A DNA stretch of 64,000 bases from Bigelowiella natans CCMP2755 (GCA_000320545.1 ADNK01002325.1:1-64000); one strand, 5' to 3'. Shown: positions 13,301 to 27,093, numbered from the stretch's first letter. Program-made: numbers and translations. Notes: generated by a model from the letters alone, not told the origin.

Positions 13301-16300
13301 AACAGAAACTTCTCCAGAAGGAAATTGAAAACCTTGATGCTGAGAAACAGAGCCTTCGCGAGATTTGTCAACGATTTGAAAAGAAAGAAGTAAGAAATTG
13401 GTAGCCTATCTACTAAGTTTAAATAATCATCTATCTACTCCTGCTTTTTGCACAGGCTAAGCTCCAGCGAGATACTGGGGCTCTGGAAGCTGAACGGGAT
13501 AGACTCGCTCAAATTGTTTCAGGAAAGAAGGTTAATGATAACATAAATAGCAGTGTTTTTCCGCTAAACTTTCTCTCGATCTTTTAATTACATACAAATT
13601 CAGTCTGTTTCGCTAACGCAGGAGCAAATGAAGACAGACGATGCCGAGCAACAGAAAGAAATGGAAAAATTACAGGTAAAATCCTAGATTAAGCCTATGG
13701 TATCAAAACGCCATAATGTCAAATTCTAGGCTTCTGTACTATCCATGCTTGAGGAGAAGAAGCAGCTCACGAAGAGTGTCAAGGTAATCGTTGGGAGCAT
13801 ATTTAGTACACGAAACTTTAAGATTTAGTCAGCTGAGCGAAATAATTCTGAATTTATCATTGTTTGTACTATTTAATTGATTACGCACCCTAGGATGCCA
13901 GAGAAGAGATAACAGGTAGCAAATCATGATCATGATCATTATCGCTATCATCATTCACCCCCATTATTGTTGTTGCAATACCACTATTTGGCAGTCTAAT
14001 CCAAAAATATTAACAAAAAACCGCTACCATCCTAACATTATCACCCTGTTCAGCTCTATCTCTTCAGACAGATAAGCAGCAAAATCTAGTCAACGAGAAG
14101 AACAAAAAGGCAAGTTATCGTCGTAGATAGTGTCTGTGGAAATTTGAATTTCTCCAAATATATTATAAATTATTGTACAAATTTAGCTCGAGGAAGCCCT
14201 CAGGGCGTTACAAAGCGAACGTGGTACTGTTGTATCTGTTGAAAATGTCATTAAATGCGCGTTTGTGTACCATCTGTCCCTTTTAAATTCAATCATCATT
14301 ACATAGAAAACGCTGCGAACTTGCTGAAGATGTGGCATTCAGAGGAGAGTAAAAGGATTCAAGAAAAGACAAAAGCGAATGAGTAATGGAGCATAGACCT
14401 CCCACCCCAGCCACACAAACAGTTTATGGAGAAATGCACTTGCTTGCTTTCTTACTTTAATATTTTCAGCAGGTTGAGAAAGGAAGTATTATTCCAGAAG
14501 GCTGAGACTCAGATACTTAATACTACGACAGACTTTCAGTCAAAAATGGTGTATTTAAAAGCCAATGCAGGATAGAAGAAACAAGTTGTAATTACATGAA
14601 TGCTTGGTTCAGGTAAAGGCAGTAGATGAAGCACAAGGCCGGGTCACCGACACATCCATTCTTTGATGTTGCTAACCCTAACATGTCTCATTTTAATGGT
14701 TTTTTTGCTTAGATAATGACGCTAGAAAAGATTTTGCACAAACTTAATCCGAAGGTGGTATTGTGTGCGATCTCATGCAACCGTACAAACTGAAATCACC
14801 TGGTCCTCAATATACAGATCGAGGGTTTCAAATCAAGATTAAAGTGTGCAGCAAGTGACCTGCAAATGTAACTTTTGATCAAAGTTGTACAGCAGTACCA
14901 GGCTTGTTATAGCGTTGACGTTTTTCTGTTTTAAAAAGGGAACAAAGAAGGGCAGAGAAGCTAGAGAACCAGATAGAAAAATTGCGGGTAAAGACAGCAT
15001 ACTTCTTGATTGATTTAAGTAAATTACGTATAACGACATTTTATTTGCACCTATTCTTGTTATGCAGATGGAATTTATGGCTAAAGTTGAAACATGTGCG
15101 ACACTGAAGACGAAGGTGATAAGTGGTCATATTTGTAACAAAATGAGATTTTACCGATACTACACATCCAACCCTGCATATATTATACTATCTGTACTCT
15201 GTGTTAACATGTCTGTGATATACTTTTCATGAGCGATTTAGTCACTAAATAATATGTAATGATTACTTTCAGCTGGACTCTCAGCAGACTGAAAACTCAC
15301 GCCTCATTGCAGGTGCAACAACGTAGATAGGAGTTGAGAATTTATTGAATCTCTTTATACTGTGTTAATGATCAACTTCGTGTGGAACTTGGTGTATTGT
15401 GAGCAGAGCTTCAATCTACAAACGCACAGCAAGGTAGAGATTGAATACTACGCTTGTTTCAATTAATCTGCAAGACATCTGACCTAAATAATATGTCGAC
15501 TTATATATCAGGGCAACTCTAGATGCTGTATCTGTGGCACGTGCGGAAGCAGAAAAGTGACTTCTTTTCCGCGAGACATGATGATGATGATGATGATGAC
15601 AACAAGTGCCACATTTTCCCTAATTGCCCGTTGATACCTATCAGAGCGAGAGTGCTGGATTTCCAGAAGATCATTAATCGACTGCAACAAACTGTAAATT
15701 TTATTATGATATCTTGTCGAGTTCTTCCTTTACAATTAACCTTCTTATTCTTTGATAATCAGGTGACTGAAAAAGATTCAGGGGTAGAAACTACAATTTC
15801 CACGCATAAAAAGCGAAATCATATTTCAATACGTACTGTTTTAAATACAAATGAACTCCTGGTTTGTACACCTTTATGATTCATAAAGGGTGGTGCTACG
15901 AATGTCAAGTTGCTCGCGGATGAGATTCTGCTTCGGTTAAGAGATGTAGGGCTCAAAGAGAGCGAAGAGGTTACCTTTCATGGAACTTATGTTTAACAGC
16001 AGTACTGCAAGGAATTGTGTGTTTTTACCTCTAGATGAAGAGCCTAAAGGACGATATCAAGCGTTTTAGAGAGTCGGAAACTGAGCGAGAAGTGAAAAAA
16101 GCTGCACTCGCTGCAGTTGAGACAAATCTTGAGAAGGTAATATGTTTTGCAATTGAAGTTGTGTAGTAATAATTCTGGCTTGTACAATAGACGGAAACAA
16201 TGTGCAAAAGTTTGCAAGCCAAAATCTCAAAACTAGGTTGTCATTCTTTACGTCTCCACCGGTCCAAAAACTGCTTTATTGTGATTAGATTCTTCTCCGC

Positions 16301-17881
16301 CAATTTTCCGGAAGTTGGAGTATATGAGTAGTTTCTGCTGTGAGGACACTTCTAAATGTTTACTACTATTAACAAACAAACAGAGCGTGACAATGAGAGA
16401 AATTTGGGTATAGCCGAGGAAAGAAAAGCAAGAATAGGACAGGTGATAATGCCCCTCTCCTGCTTATTTCAACAATTCTTTACGTTTCATTTTCAACTTC
16501 CTAAACATGTTTTAGCTCGAGGTTAAGCTAAGAGAAGCTTCAAATAGGGTAAGCTGCCACTCGCTACTGCTTCACAATGTTAGATAGATAGATTGATAGA
16601 TAGATAGGTAGGTAGATGGATTGACCAGAAGAGATAGATAGATGGACATGGATATGGATATGGATATGAATATGGATAGATCAAAAAAGAGAGATGGGAG
16701 GAGGAGGACCACTAATGTGCTTAGTTAGGACGGCAAAGAGCTGCTATCCTTCCATTGATGCATCATTCGCTCATTAGTGAGCATTCATCGAGCTTCTCGT
16801 GTATGCGGTAATTACCACTCTTTCATACTGTTCTAGGAGCATCAAGTCTTGGAGAAAACAAAGGATGAATGGGAAAAGAAATTACGCACAATGGAGCGAG
16901 AGGCAATAACCAAAAAAAATAATGCGTTATTATTATGTGATAGAATATGAAGTTGAACTACTCACTCACTCACTACTACTACTACTACTACTACCCTTCT
17001 TCATTTTTCCTACCTACCGACCTACCTACCTACCTTCTGCTATTATCATTATTATTTATTTTTCTTTGTGGATGGATCATCATCATTTAGGTTTTGAAAT
17101 TGCGGGGTGATTGTGCCAAGCTAAAGCACGAAAATAAGGTAGTCAAGTTGTACGTATGGGGTTAGCATGTATGTACATCATAATACACCAGTAATCAAGT
17201 TGTATCTCTAAGGTTAGGGTTACCATCATAATACATACTATACCAGAATAATAATTCACAAATGATCAACTACTTGTTATTGAATCGCACTTCTAAAAGC
17301 TTTGTCACTCATCATTTTACGCTCACTATTTCTTACACTTAGAGCTATCAAGAGCGAGTGTTGTCGCTTAAAAGTCAAAGGAAGGTTAGAAATAGAAACC
17401 AGTAGCCGCACACATCACTAAAACTGAGTAGCATCCCTACCACCTCCCTCCGGGGTATGTTGTTATTGACCCTGCTCCCTCTCCCTTTTCATCGTAATTT
17501 CAGCTTATCCTTAAGAAGCTCAAGAGATACAATGCGTTCTACGAGCAAGTCAAAGGAACTAGGTGATTAATGCTGTGTAGATAGACATATGTTGCTTGTG
17601 TAATCTTCTTTGTATTTTACTTCCATATACAATAATAACTCCTGCTCCCTTCTCCTCAACAACACATGATATATCTAGTGAATCAGAGCGCGTCAAGAAA
17701 ACTCGCACGGTAGAACATGTTACAAGAGTTTTGAGCTTTGATCAAGCATTGGATGTAGTGTATCATCATAGATTTTTAATATTATTGATGCTACTATTTT
17801 GAATATTATTCAGGTGCGCCGCATCAATCAACTACAGGTAATAATGTTTCCTACTTGATAGAGCAAATACAAGCGCTCGCG

Positions 17882-17940
<59 letters not shown>

Positions 17941-18239
17941 GTTATATGGTTTTATTCGTCAGAAGATGATTTCGATAATGAGTATCGGACTAAAACAAGC
18001 AGTTATTATTTTCAGCAGTAGCATACTACTACTACCACGATTACCACTACTACTAATGCTGATGCTACTACTTCTACTATTACTACGATATTGTGAGTGG
18101 GTGAGTGAAACGAGAAGTAAAGCAGCAGCACCTGTACTGTACTATACATAATATGTGATTAGAACACGTTGCATGAGCTTGCAGTCAGGCTGAAAGAATC
18201 GGAGGTGATGCATAGGAAAGAATAGATTACCTATAATTT

Positions 18240-18322
<83 letters not shown>

Positions 18323-18926
18323 GGGAGAGAGAGAGAAGACATATATATATATATATATATATCACATACTACGTTTATCATCAGGAAACTGTAAAGAAGC
18401 AGGAAGTAGCATTGGTAAGTAGTAGTAGTAGTAGTAGTAGTAGTAGCACAATACTTCCTAAACTTCAACTATGAAGAGAAGAGATATAAATGGGGTGGGG
18501 AATACATGCTCGGATGGATACCGCTTTATGTTTGCTGTTTGTGTGCGTGTGGTTGCATTGTTTCCTAGATGAATCGCATTGGTGGCACCGGATCTACTAC
18601 TGCTGCTACTACCACTTCCAATGTTAATCAGTATATCATGAGCACAGCAGGTTGTTCTCAAATCATCACTATGTAAATTATACTACCATCACTCAGCTTA
18701 GCAGCGAAGTGTCTCATCGGGATTACATTATTCGTTTTGTTACGTGATGATGCTACTTACTCCTCCTGTTGCTTTTTTAGGAGGGTCTAATAATACGGAA
18801 ATGAGGTCAAATCGAGATGAGGTGCAACCACAAAATACTAGTAGCCGCAGCGAATTTGGATGATAATGAAAACTAGTCTAATAAAGATCAAATCTCTCTC
18901 TCCCTCCCTCCCTTACACACACACAC

Positions 18927-18974
<48 letters not shown>

Positions 18975-19259
18975 GATATTTAATTTATTTGTATCTTTGT
19001 GTGTATTGTTGTCTTTACATAGATGTGTTTTATACCAAAGTACATAGATGTTGGTATTCTTACTATCACTCTTCGTTTAGGTTTATGAGGAATTACGGGA
19101 AAGTCTAATTAAACAAATGGACGTCAATATGCGCTTAAGGGTAAAAAATCAGACAAAGACAAAGAAGAATCATTACTTTACACCAAACTCTTCACCTTCG
19201 TATATCTCTTTCTCACACAGCCATTACGGCCTTGATTATGTCGATCAGTCTGCTTGATA

Positions 19260-19294
<35 letters not shown>

Positions 19295-19804
19295 CCAATA
19301 TTGAATATGTAAATCTGTGTTGTACGCGTGTACAGGAAGACTATAAGCTACTGGAAGCCAAGCATGTACAATTGTTGGAAAGAAATGATCCTGAAGAGCC
19401 ACAAGAAGATCTTCGTGATCATCATATTCATTCAGCAGGAATGGCAACTTCTCTCTCCATCGTCGCCCCTGCTTTGGAGGATGATCGAAGAAAGAACAAC
19501 AACAACAACAAAGGAGATGGACAGCAGCAGCTCGTTCCTTGGAGCAGTAACGAAAGAAGAATAATAAGAGGTAAGTATAATCTTACGGAGGAGCAGCAGC
19601 AGCAAAAGCAGCAATTGACAGGAAAGAGAAGGCAACAAGAAGGCAGTAGGATCTTTGGTGTTACTGGGCATCATCATCATCATCATCATCATCAACAACA
19701 ACAACAACAACTTGTCCGCAAACAAGGAGGAGGCGGAGGAGGAAGGATTGAGGTAATTATTTTTACAAATTGAGAAGTAGAAATATTGTTGTTTATCTTC
19801 ACAG

Positions 19805-19842
<38 letters not shown>

Positions 19843-21608
19843 AAATTCTTCATCGGCTCTTGTTCTATAACAACTTATTAAATAATTGCTACAATCGACA
19901 AGTCTTAAATTAATTGGCTGACTCCTATATAATTCTCTTCCTACACCAAATACTATTATCATTTTCAGGACTTGCAAAACGAAATAGATGCACTTATGAA
20001 GGTTGTTAAGAAATGATAAAGATGAAGCATGACGTTATTCTAGTCGTTTCCCTCGCTGTCTAACACCTTCATTTCCTACGGAAAATGTGACTGAAATGGT
20101 TCGTTTTGTGACTGAAATGGTTCGTTTTTTAAAACGACGAAGACGACTTAAATCGACCTGTCTTTTTCAGGAGAAAGCACTATGGGATCTTGAGAGGTGG
20201 TTTGTTTTATTTTCGCTGCATTCGGCAGCAAATTATCTACTCATTCCTTTAATTAGAGGATGTGCTCCCTTCATACGGTAGTAGTTGTCATTTATTAAAC
20301 ATTTGTGCGTTGTTCGCAGAAAGTTACTCCGTTCAGAAACGACATTCGAACAGGGACAATTGATAACGCAGGTGCTCCTTCCTTGCTGTTGATTTTTTCC
20401 ATCTCTTTTAATTTTAAAAGGCGTTTTGTATGTCGCATCGTATATCATATGAACGTTTCCTGAATTGATGATATTATTTTATTCATTATTATAAATTATT
20501 ATTATATATATATTTTTATTGTTTTAATACTTGTTTTTGGAATTACGACAGAGAATCCATGTTCAAGATCGGCTGCAAGCTGTCGCTGTAAAGTCACACT
20601 AAATGCACTATGTGACAACTCCCTACATTCTCATATAGTTTTGCCATCTTATTGATTTTACTATCTGTCATGTGTAATCTGTGGTGCTTGCTGGTGTTTC
20701 TGTTGTATCTACATCATCAAAGGCGATGCTGAAAGCAAAGGTATAAGTTATTAAATTTGCTTTTTATATTCTTTTTGTGTGATGAAGTATGCATCTGAGA
20801 TCAATTCTCTAAACGCACATACTTATTGGGCTGAATGCGTCTAATTTGTGCAATACAGGTAGAGACTCTAAGAGCTTTGCACAAGGCATTTAAGCAGAGG
20901 CTGGTATTGGACAATATAGCCCATTGCTAGCATCAACATTGAGACTTCTACCACCACTACCACTTTTTCCTTCGCCCTCTTCCATATGGATACTACTTAT
21001 AGGAGTATCATCCCTACTACTTCTTGATATGTAGAGACACCATTATACTCTTCATTACTATTTTGTCCATGAGAAGATTAAATAACCAACACCTTAATCT
21101 GATGATTTTCAAATAATGCTAGATTCAAACCCTTGCCAATACAAATTTGGAAGTTCGCAAGATCGTTAGAGAGGAGGTGAGCAATGTCTGTTTGGTTGTA
21201 CTCCTATTGCAATGCGTAATGTGTGTGATGATCGATCATGCCGTTTTGTTGTATTCTTTATCGTCATCATCATTATACTTATAAATTAATGAACAACAGG
21301 TGCTGGCCCTGGTTACCACACAGGCTTCGCACAGGTCTTTCATTTCGATTTTAGCTACTACTATCGACATTGAAGTAGAAATACCTTAGTAGTCCCTGAA
21401 TGTGAATATTGTACTATACTGCTTGTTAATACATCCGAACGTATCTAACGTGAAAATCGGATTGTATCGAATCAATTTTGCAGTGCCCAGATATCAATGG
21501 TAAGGAGCATCCTTGTGGCAGTCGATCGAAAGGTTTTGATACTACGATGCACATTCTCTCTCTTCTCTCTCTCTCTCCCTCTCTCTTTCTCGCACACACA
21601 CACACACA

Positions 21609-21686
<78 letters not shown>

Positions 21687-22168
21687 ATTTGTTTATTATA
21701 TATTCCTTAATCTTGCCAATTTTGAAATACAGGACATTGGCCACAACAAGATAATTAATGACCTCCAGAAATCTCTTACCGAGGTATATTGATCAGCTGC
21801 TTTGATAAATGAATAGTCTAAACTCATTCTGGATGTTGCTGTGGAAATGTATTTATTTGGTTATACATTGGGAATATTTTTAATTTGAAGGCGTTGACAG
21901 ATGCACAGTAAAGCTCCTAATTGTTGCTATTAAGCATCTTCATAAATATTGTTTTCATGTTTGTTCCTTAGGTGGGAAGGGATTTCGAAAGTATAGACAG
22001 GGGCAAAGAGGTATGTACTTTGGTGTGGATTTTGCTATGAGATGTGTCTCACAAAGCTTGTCAACCTTTCAGGTTCAAAAATCCACCTCCCATCGCAATT
22101 CTAACCTTGAGTTGCAAAAGAGGAAGGTGGTGGACAGCTTGCCAACGAAGCTCACGTACAAACCATAG
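7024..22168 (+). CDS. Very long coiled-coil protein encoded by dozens of micro/mini-exons
   Basis: Exons splice in frame: MRRTQSEG|PDSSVPSSIER|IRTRLDRVRRASLTPT|KKSPNGENGHSPSTRRLSLLRSSPN|KAETTSARVALAELEIAQTQQ|VEHGKQMDELIAIQE|... E/K/Q/L-rich heptad exons of ~20-110 nt are flanked by GT(GC)..AG throughout. The 3' end is uncertain (stop at ~21994 or 22168). Confidence 0.75.
18242..18362. repeat. Compound intronic microsatellite (AC)n-(AG)n-(AT)n; similar blocks at 9711-9770, 17890-17938, 21560-21680, 40268-40360 and 61223-61294
   Basis: Directly visible dinucleotide runs inside introns. (TAG)n, (GAT)n and (GTT)n trinucleotide runs are also common. Confidence 0.9.
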
Positions 22169-22169
22169 C

Positions 22170-23000
22170 ATGTCGTCAATCAAGGCAAAGGTCAAGATGC
22201 TATGAGCCCTCGGCAAAAACATGGCGTGATCATGCACAAAAGCGACCACAACTTCTAACATAGCAATTTTGAAAACAGCAAGCTCATTTTCTGTGCAAGG
22301 ATGTGCTGATGATGCATGTGACGCACGTCTAGACGTGAACGTAAATCAGCCTTGCTAGCTTGGGCATGCGTAGATCGATCATGCACGCATGACACTGACC
22401 CCAATGCATTGAATGAAGCAATGGAATTTGAAAACTTGTCAGTCGTTGGTAGCAAATGCCAGCAGGAATGGTTAGCCCGGCGGGTATAGCCGGATCTAGG
22501 GATGGTCATTGCACACGTGCCATCTCTAGATCTGGTCCGCAGCTGTGGTGCTATACCCACGTAGTCCCAAGCACGATCTGAATGAACAAGCAATCTTTGT
22601 TGCTGCACATCATCATTGTCTGGTTGTGCGTGCGCACGTAGTCTAGTAGCAGTGATGATGCTGGGATGCCTGGATGCTAGCTAGCTAGCTAGCTCCAGCA
22701 TGCATCGCTAGATTGATCATCACAATGCTAGCTAGAGTGGGCCGCATGTCCAACTTCAAAGCCATCTAGTCAATGCTAGCATGCCAGCATGCTGCATGCA
22801 GTCACATGCTGTATGCTAGCATGGACCGCGCAGTCTGGCATCACATGCAGCGCAGAAAGAAGACACGCTGTGCACAGCTAGACAGCACGTGCCACAACGC
22901 TGGCAGCACGTGCCAGCGTGCAAGGGAAGCCCAGCAGCACTGTCTAGCTGCATCGTGACACGCTTGCATCGCTTGCTAGCTTGTCCAAAGACCTTCAGCG
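22170..23000. other. Palindrome-rich convergent-gap island (I1)
   Basis: gatgctagctagctagctagctccagcatgcatcgctag, tctagatct, gcacacgtgc, gcatgc and similar words, between a plus gene end and a minus ORF end. Confidence 0.75.
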
Positions 23001-23665
23001 ACCTGTCTAGCCATCTAAAAACTTTCTCCATGTTTCTCCAGGAAAGACTCAAATAGTTAAACTCTTCCTGAAACTGCTCCAAACTCCTAGACCCAAAATT
23101 GTACAGTTCTGATCTCACATTGACTGCTAATCCATGCCCCTTCAAGGAACTTTGAAAGAGGTTCCAAGAATTCCTAGCACATCTTCCAGTGCTGGACTTA
23201 ACCAAAATCTCATGTACACTCACCAAAGATCCCTTAGAAACATTTAGGTGATTGAACTGTTCCTGAAATTGTTCCCATCTTGTAGTACCATAATTATATA
23301 GTTCAGACCTCTGATTGGCTGCTATCCCATAGCCCTTTCAATGATTTTTGGAAGAAATTCCAAGGGTTCATGCACTTAGCAGTCTTCCCAGTGGTAGACT
23401 TCATCACAGTCTCATACAGATTCATCATGCGTCCATAGGAAATGTTCAAGTGATTGAACTCTTCCCATCTTCTAGTACCAAAATTGTACAGCTCAGATCT
23501 CTGATTGGCTACTAGTTTGTATCCCTTCAATGAGCTTTGAAAAAAGTTCCAAGGATTCATGCCCTCAGCATTCCTCCCTGTGCTGGACTTCATCGCAGCG
23601 TTATAAATTTTCATCATAGTTCCTCTGGAAAGATTCAAATGCTCAAATTCCTCCTCGAAGGCCAT
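22816..23665 (-). pseudogene. Intronless ORF with three ~58-60 aa repeats (NPWNFFQxSLKGxxLxxNxRSELYNFG), split by a 1-nt frameshift
   Basis: ORFs 23303-23686 and 22816-23226 join if one A is removed from TTGAAAGGGCTAT (~23336), restoring ..LKGYGIAANQRSELYNYGTTRWEQFQEQFNHLNVSKG.. in register with the other repeats. Confidence 0.65.
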
Positions 23666-24542
23666 AAAACCTACATTTCTTCTCACGATTACAATACTTG
23701 TCTATAAATTTTGCTTTGAGCACTTCGCACAGACAATTGCTAATAGCCAGGTTAGGTGGTGTTGAGAGTGGATGGGAGAGCAGTTAGCTCTCCCCGAACT
23801 AGTCCCTCAGAACTAGAAGCTACCCCTAAGGACTAGTAATCGTTCATTCCTGAAGCGAAAACCTTTATTCCGTCAGCCTGTGACGGAGACCAAGGGGGCC
23901 ATGTGGGGGGCAGGGAATCCAAAGATTGTACCCCCCCAGATCTCGCGAGGAGTCGAACCTCACAACCTGCCTCAGAGCTTGCAAGTTGTCACTTGCTGCT
24001 GAGCCAAGTCCATCAACCGAATGGAGATCAAAAAGTTTTGCACACGATGCCGTTCTCACCTTGATTTTACCCTCACCTCGCCAACGCGCATGACGAGCTG
24101 TAGGATCATGCCCAGAAAGCGAAAGCGATCAGTTCGGCTCGGTAGCTCCAGAAAGAGAAGGAAAAAGCTGTGAAAAAGCAGGGGGAAAAAACCGTCAAAA
24201 TCCAGGGAAATCGTTCTTAAGCGACAAGCGGTGTGCAACTCGAGGGAGTCATCATCAGGCATGAGATGGAGATGTTGGAGTTGTCGTCGCCTAGATCTAG
24301 GAGAGAGGAGGACGTAACGTAAGTCGCTAGGAGAGAGGACGAGGGCGAAAATCCTGTTTGTGCATTTCTACGGGGTTTTACACTGTGCGACATAGAGTTT
24401 CACCATCGTGGTCTTGTCGTAGGATCAGAATTGCCTCAGCCTTGGAGTTAGTTAAACGTTAGCTCATCATCCGGCTCTTCAGCTGATTTACGGAACCATA
24501 CAGTCCAAGGAGGAGGAGCGCTGTGTCATCTCAACACAAAAG

Positions 24543-25309
24543 ATGCACATCACTGCTCTTTACGGCGGAGCCCTTACTCTCTGGTTTGATATGCTAATTG
24601 TTTCTATTGGAATGCGATGTAAACATCCTCGATTATTCTTATCGAAACAGGTATTTGGTTTTGACCGCACGTGTGATACTCTATCGAAGGGAGAATTTAA
24701 TTGGACTCGGTAAGTAGTTATTTTCGAATGAGATAACTCTGCTAACCCATTGGATAATTACTACAGGTGATGGAAATAACAACACGATGCAACGGCGGAT
24801 CAGAGCCCATGGGAATTTCGCAGAATACGTTCCTCTGGTCGGTTGGTGGATTGATTGTAAGGATTATTTAATCCCTCATTGTATTGGCAATCATCATCTC
24901 TTAGACTTTACTACTCCTGTATCTTTTGGAAACAAGTGGCGCGAGATTCTTCAGCAGCCCGGTAACAGAAGTTCTCTTCGCCACATTCGAATCATGAAAA
25001 TAGTTATTATTATTGTTATTATTATCATCATCATCATCATCATTATTATTATTACCACCACCCAATTAGTTCTTCATACATCTTATTGGAGCTTTACTGC
25101 TAATTGGACGGCTTTTACATGGATACTCACTCTCGTTCACAGAACTGAATATGGTAACACTTTGTTCTTCAGCTTTAAGGCTGTACATATGCTAGAATGA
25201 CATATTGCCTCATACTTCGTAGTTCGGTCGTCAAGGAGGAATGGCCCTGACTCTTTTGGCAATGGGCATATCTGGATTATCTGTATTTTTTGTCGGATTC
25301 TACAAATAA
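24543..25309 (+). CDS. MAPEG family membrane protein (microsomal glutathione S-transferase-like, bacterial YecN-type), 6 exons
   Basis: Spliced: MHITALYGGALTLW|YLVLTARVILYRRENLIGL|GDGNNNTMQRRIRAHGNFAEYVPL|TLLLLYLLETSGARFFSSP|FFIHLIGALLLIGRLLHGYSLSFTELNM|FGRQGGMALTLLAMGISGLSVFFVGFYK*. It has the MAPEG motifs GDG, RAHGNFAEY and GRLLH. Confidence 0.9.
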
Positions 25310-25479
25310 ATAACCTGATTCAATCTTGCAGTTTCTAACATTAGAGACGAATTAAAACTACCGAGAAAAAAATACACGGTATTGTAGTACGATGTACATC
25401 GACGGTGGGCTCAATATAGATATCTATTGGGTTTAAAACTATCAAAATTATCATCACATCTTAGTGATATTGTATTAAC

Positions 25480-26400
25480 TACAAATTGCATGCATTATGT
25501 ACATACGCATTGCTTATTGTTTCGCGATGAGTGTCGCACAAACTTAACATCTTGTGCACTGTCACAGCCACAGCTGTGCATGACTGGGAAAACTGCAGCA
25601 AACATGGAGTGTGAGCGGCAAGTAAAAGTTTATCTTAGCTCTCTCATGCGTAACATGGAACGACAGCTTACGTACGTTCGGGAGGCACCACATTAACGTA
25701 CAAAAATGATGCCGCACTCTCATGCCGCTTGCTGTGTTGCTCGCTATTCGCTACGCGACGGCACAATATAACAATCAGATGTGTATGACACATGTGTTGG
25801 TTGGTTGTGCCATTTAGCATTGTTCGCTATGTGTCTCATGTGCCTACATAGCATGCACCATGCAACGCAACACGCATCGTCGTGATATCGCGAATGATAA
25901 TGCTACTAAGAATTTGCACAGATGCAGCTGCTTATTTGCGCGCTTTTTGCCCCGACTTGCGCATATATATTGACTGTTGTGTCATGCACACAACACATCG
26001 TTATGACAATGAACTATAATGAGCACGGCCGCGTGCATGACACGATGCGGACGTGACATTACGTGTATGTGAGATCTACGTACATAAAAGTCACAATATG
26101 CCTAATAATAAATGCCTATTGTATGCTTGCAACATACAAAAAATTGGGCAGTACGTTACATGGGTGCATGCATGCTAGCATGTCAGTCATAGCAGTGCAC
26201 ACACATAACTAGATAACGTTTAGCAGCACTGTGTTGTGATTTGAACAACAAGCCAAACGCAAGCATGTGTGAACTGTGAACACAAGCGCTGCAGGCGCTG
26301 CTTTGCATGGCTGCATTAGGATGAGCATTGAAAATGTTCAATCACATCATTGCACCCGTCTCATGAGCATGCATGCTGCTCTAGTTTGGCAATATTCCAA
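25480..26400. other. Palindrome-rich convergent-gap island (I2)
   Basis: gtgcatgcatgctagcatg, tacgtacgt, gcatgcaccatgca, cacgcatcg and similar words, between the MAPEG (+) and JmjC (-) 3' ends. Confidence 0.7.
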
Positions 26401-26441
26401 TCTCCATCTGGACCTTGTCGAAGATCTACCTCAGCCGGCAT

Positions 26442-27038
26442 CTAGAGCTTCCGCGAGAAGATCTGTTGCTGCTTCTCGAGCGGCTCCTTGATTTTCCTCT
26501 CGACGTGCTCCTCGAAGATGAAATTGGAGCAATCCAATCTGCATGACAAATTGTGTAACAAATGAATTATAAAGATTTGTTCACATCACGAAGTTGCTGC
26601 TATCTCCCACTGCACCTTTGATGTTCTTCATTTTCCTCGTTATCATCATCATCACCATTGCAATCATCATCGTCGCTGTCAATTTCACATGCCTTTATGT
26701 GATAATGACCTTTCTTTTTTCGCGTTTGTGAAGACTTAGTAGAATATGTGCTGAGACGATTATTACGCGTCCACTCATAACCACCAACATGTTCATAACC
26801 ACGATGATTATTGTTTTTTTCCAACAAATAGTCGAGGTATCTGTTTATCTTTCTGTCTTTTCTGAGAATTTGAATGGCTCTTTTAACATGCTCCCGTATA
26901 TCAGCATCATCATCATTCGAGTTGGATTTAGCCACCACGTGGCTGGTAATCATCCTATTCAAATTCTCGCAAATGTCTTCTTTGAGATCATCAAGGTCGT
27001 CTCGCCTCATGTGACAGTCCTCAAAATGTTCCTATATG

Positions 27039-27093
<55 letters not shown>

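Noticed and set aside
18142-18474. ORFs with poly-HT/RE/YI/LS runs (many across the window)
   Set aside because: They are translations of intronic di- and trinucleotide microsatellites.
22255-22958. Cys/His/Ala-rich ORFs in the palindrome islands (also 26276-26491, 39663-40001, 48629-48868, 62666-62851)
   Set aside because: The amino-acid bias (C, H, A, M) follows from TG/CA-rich DNA. No motifs are recognisable.
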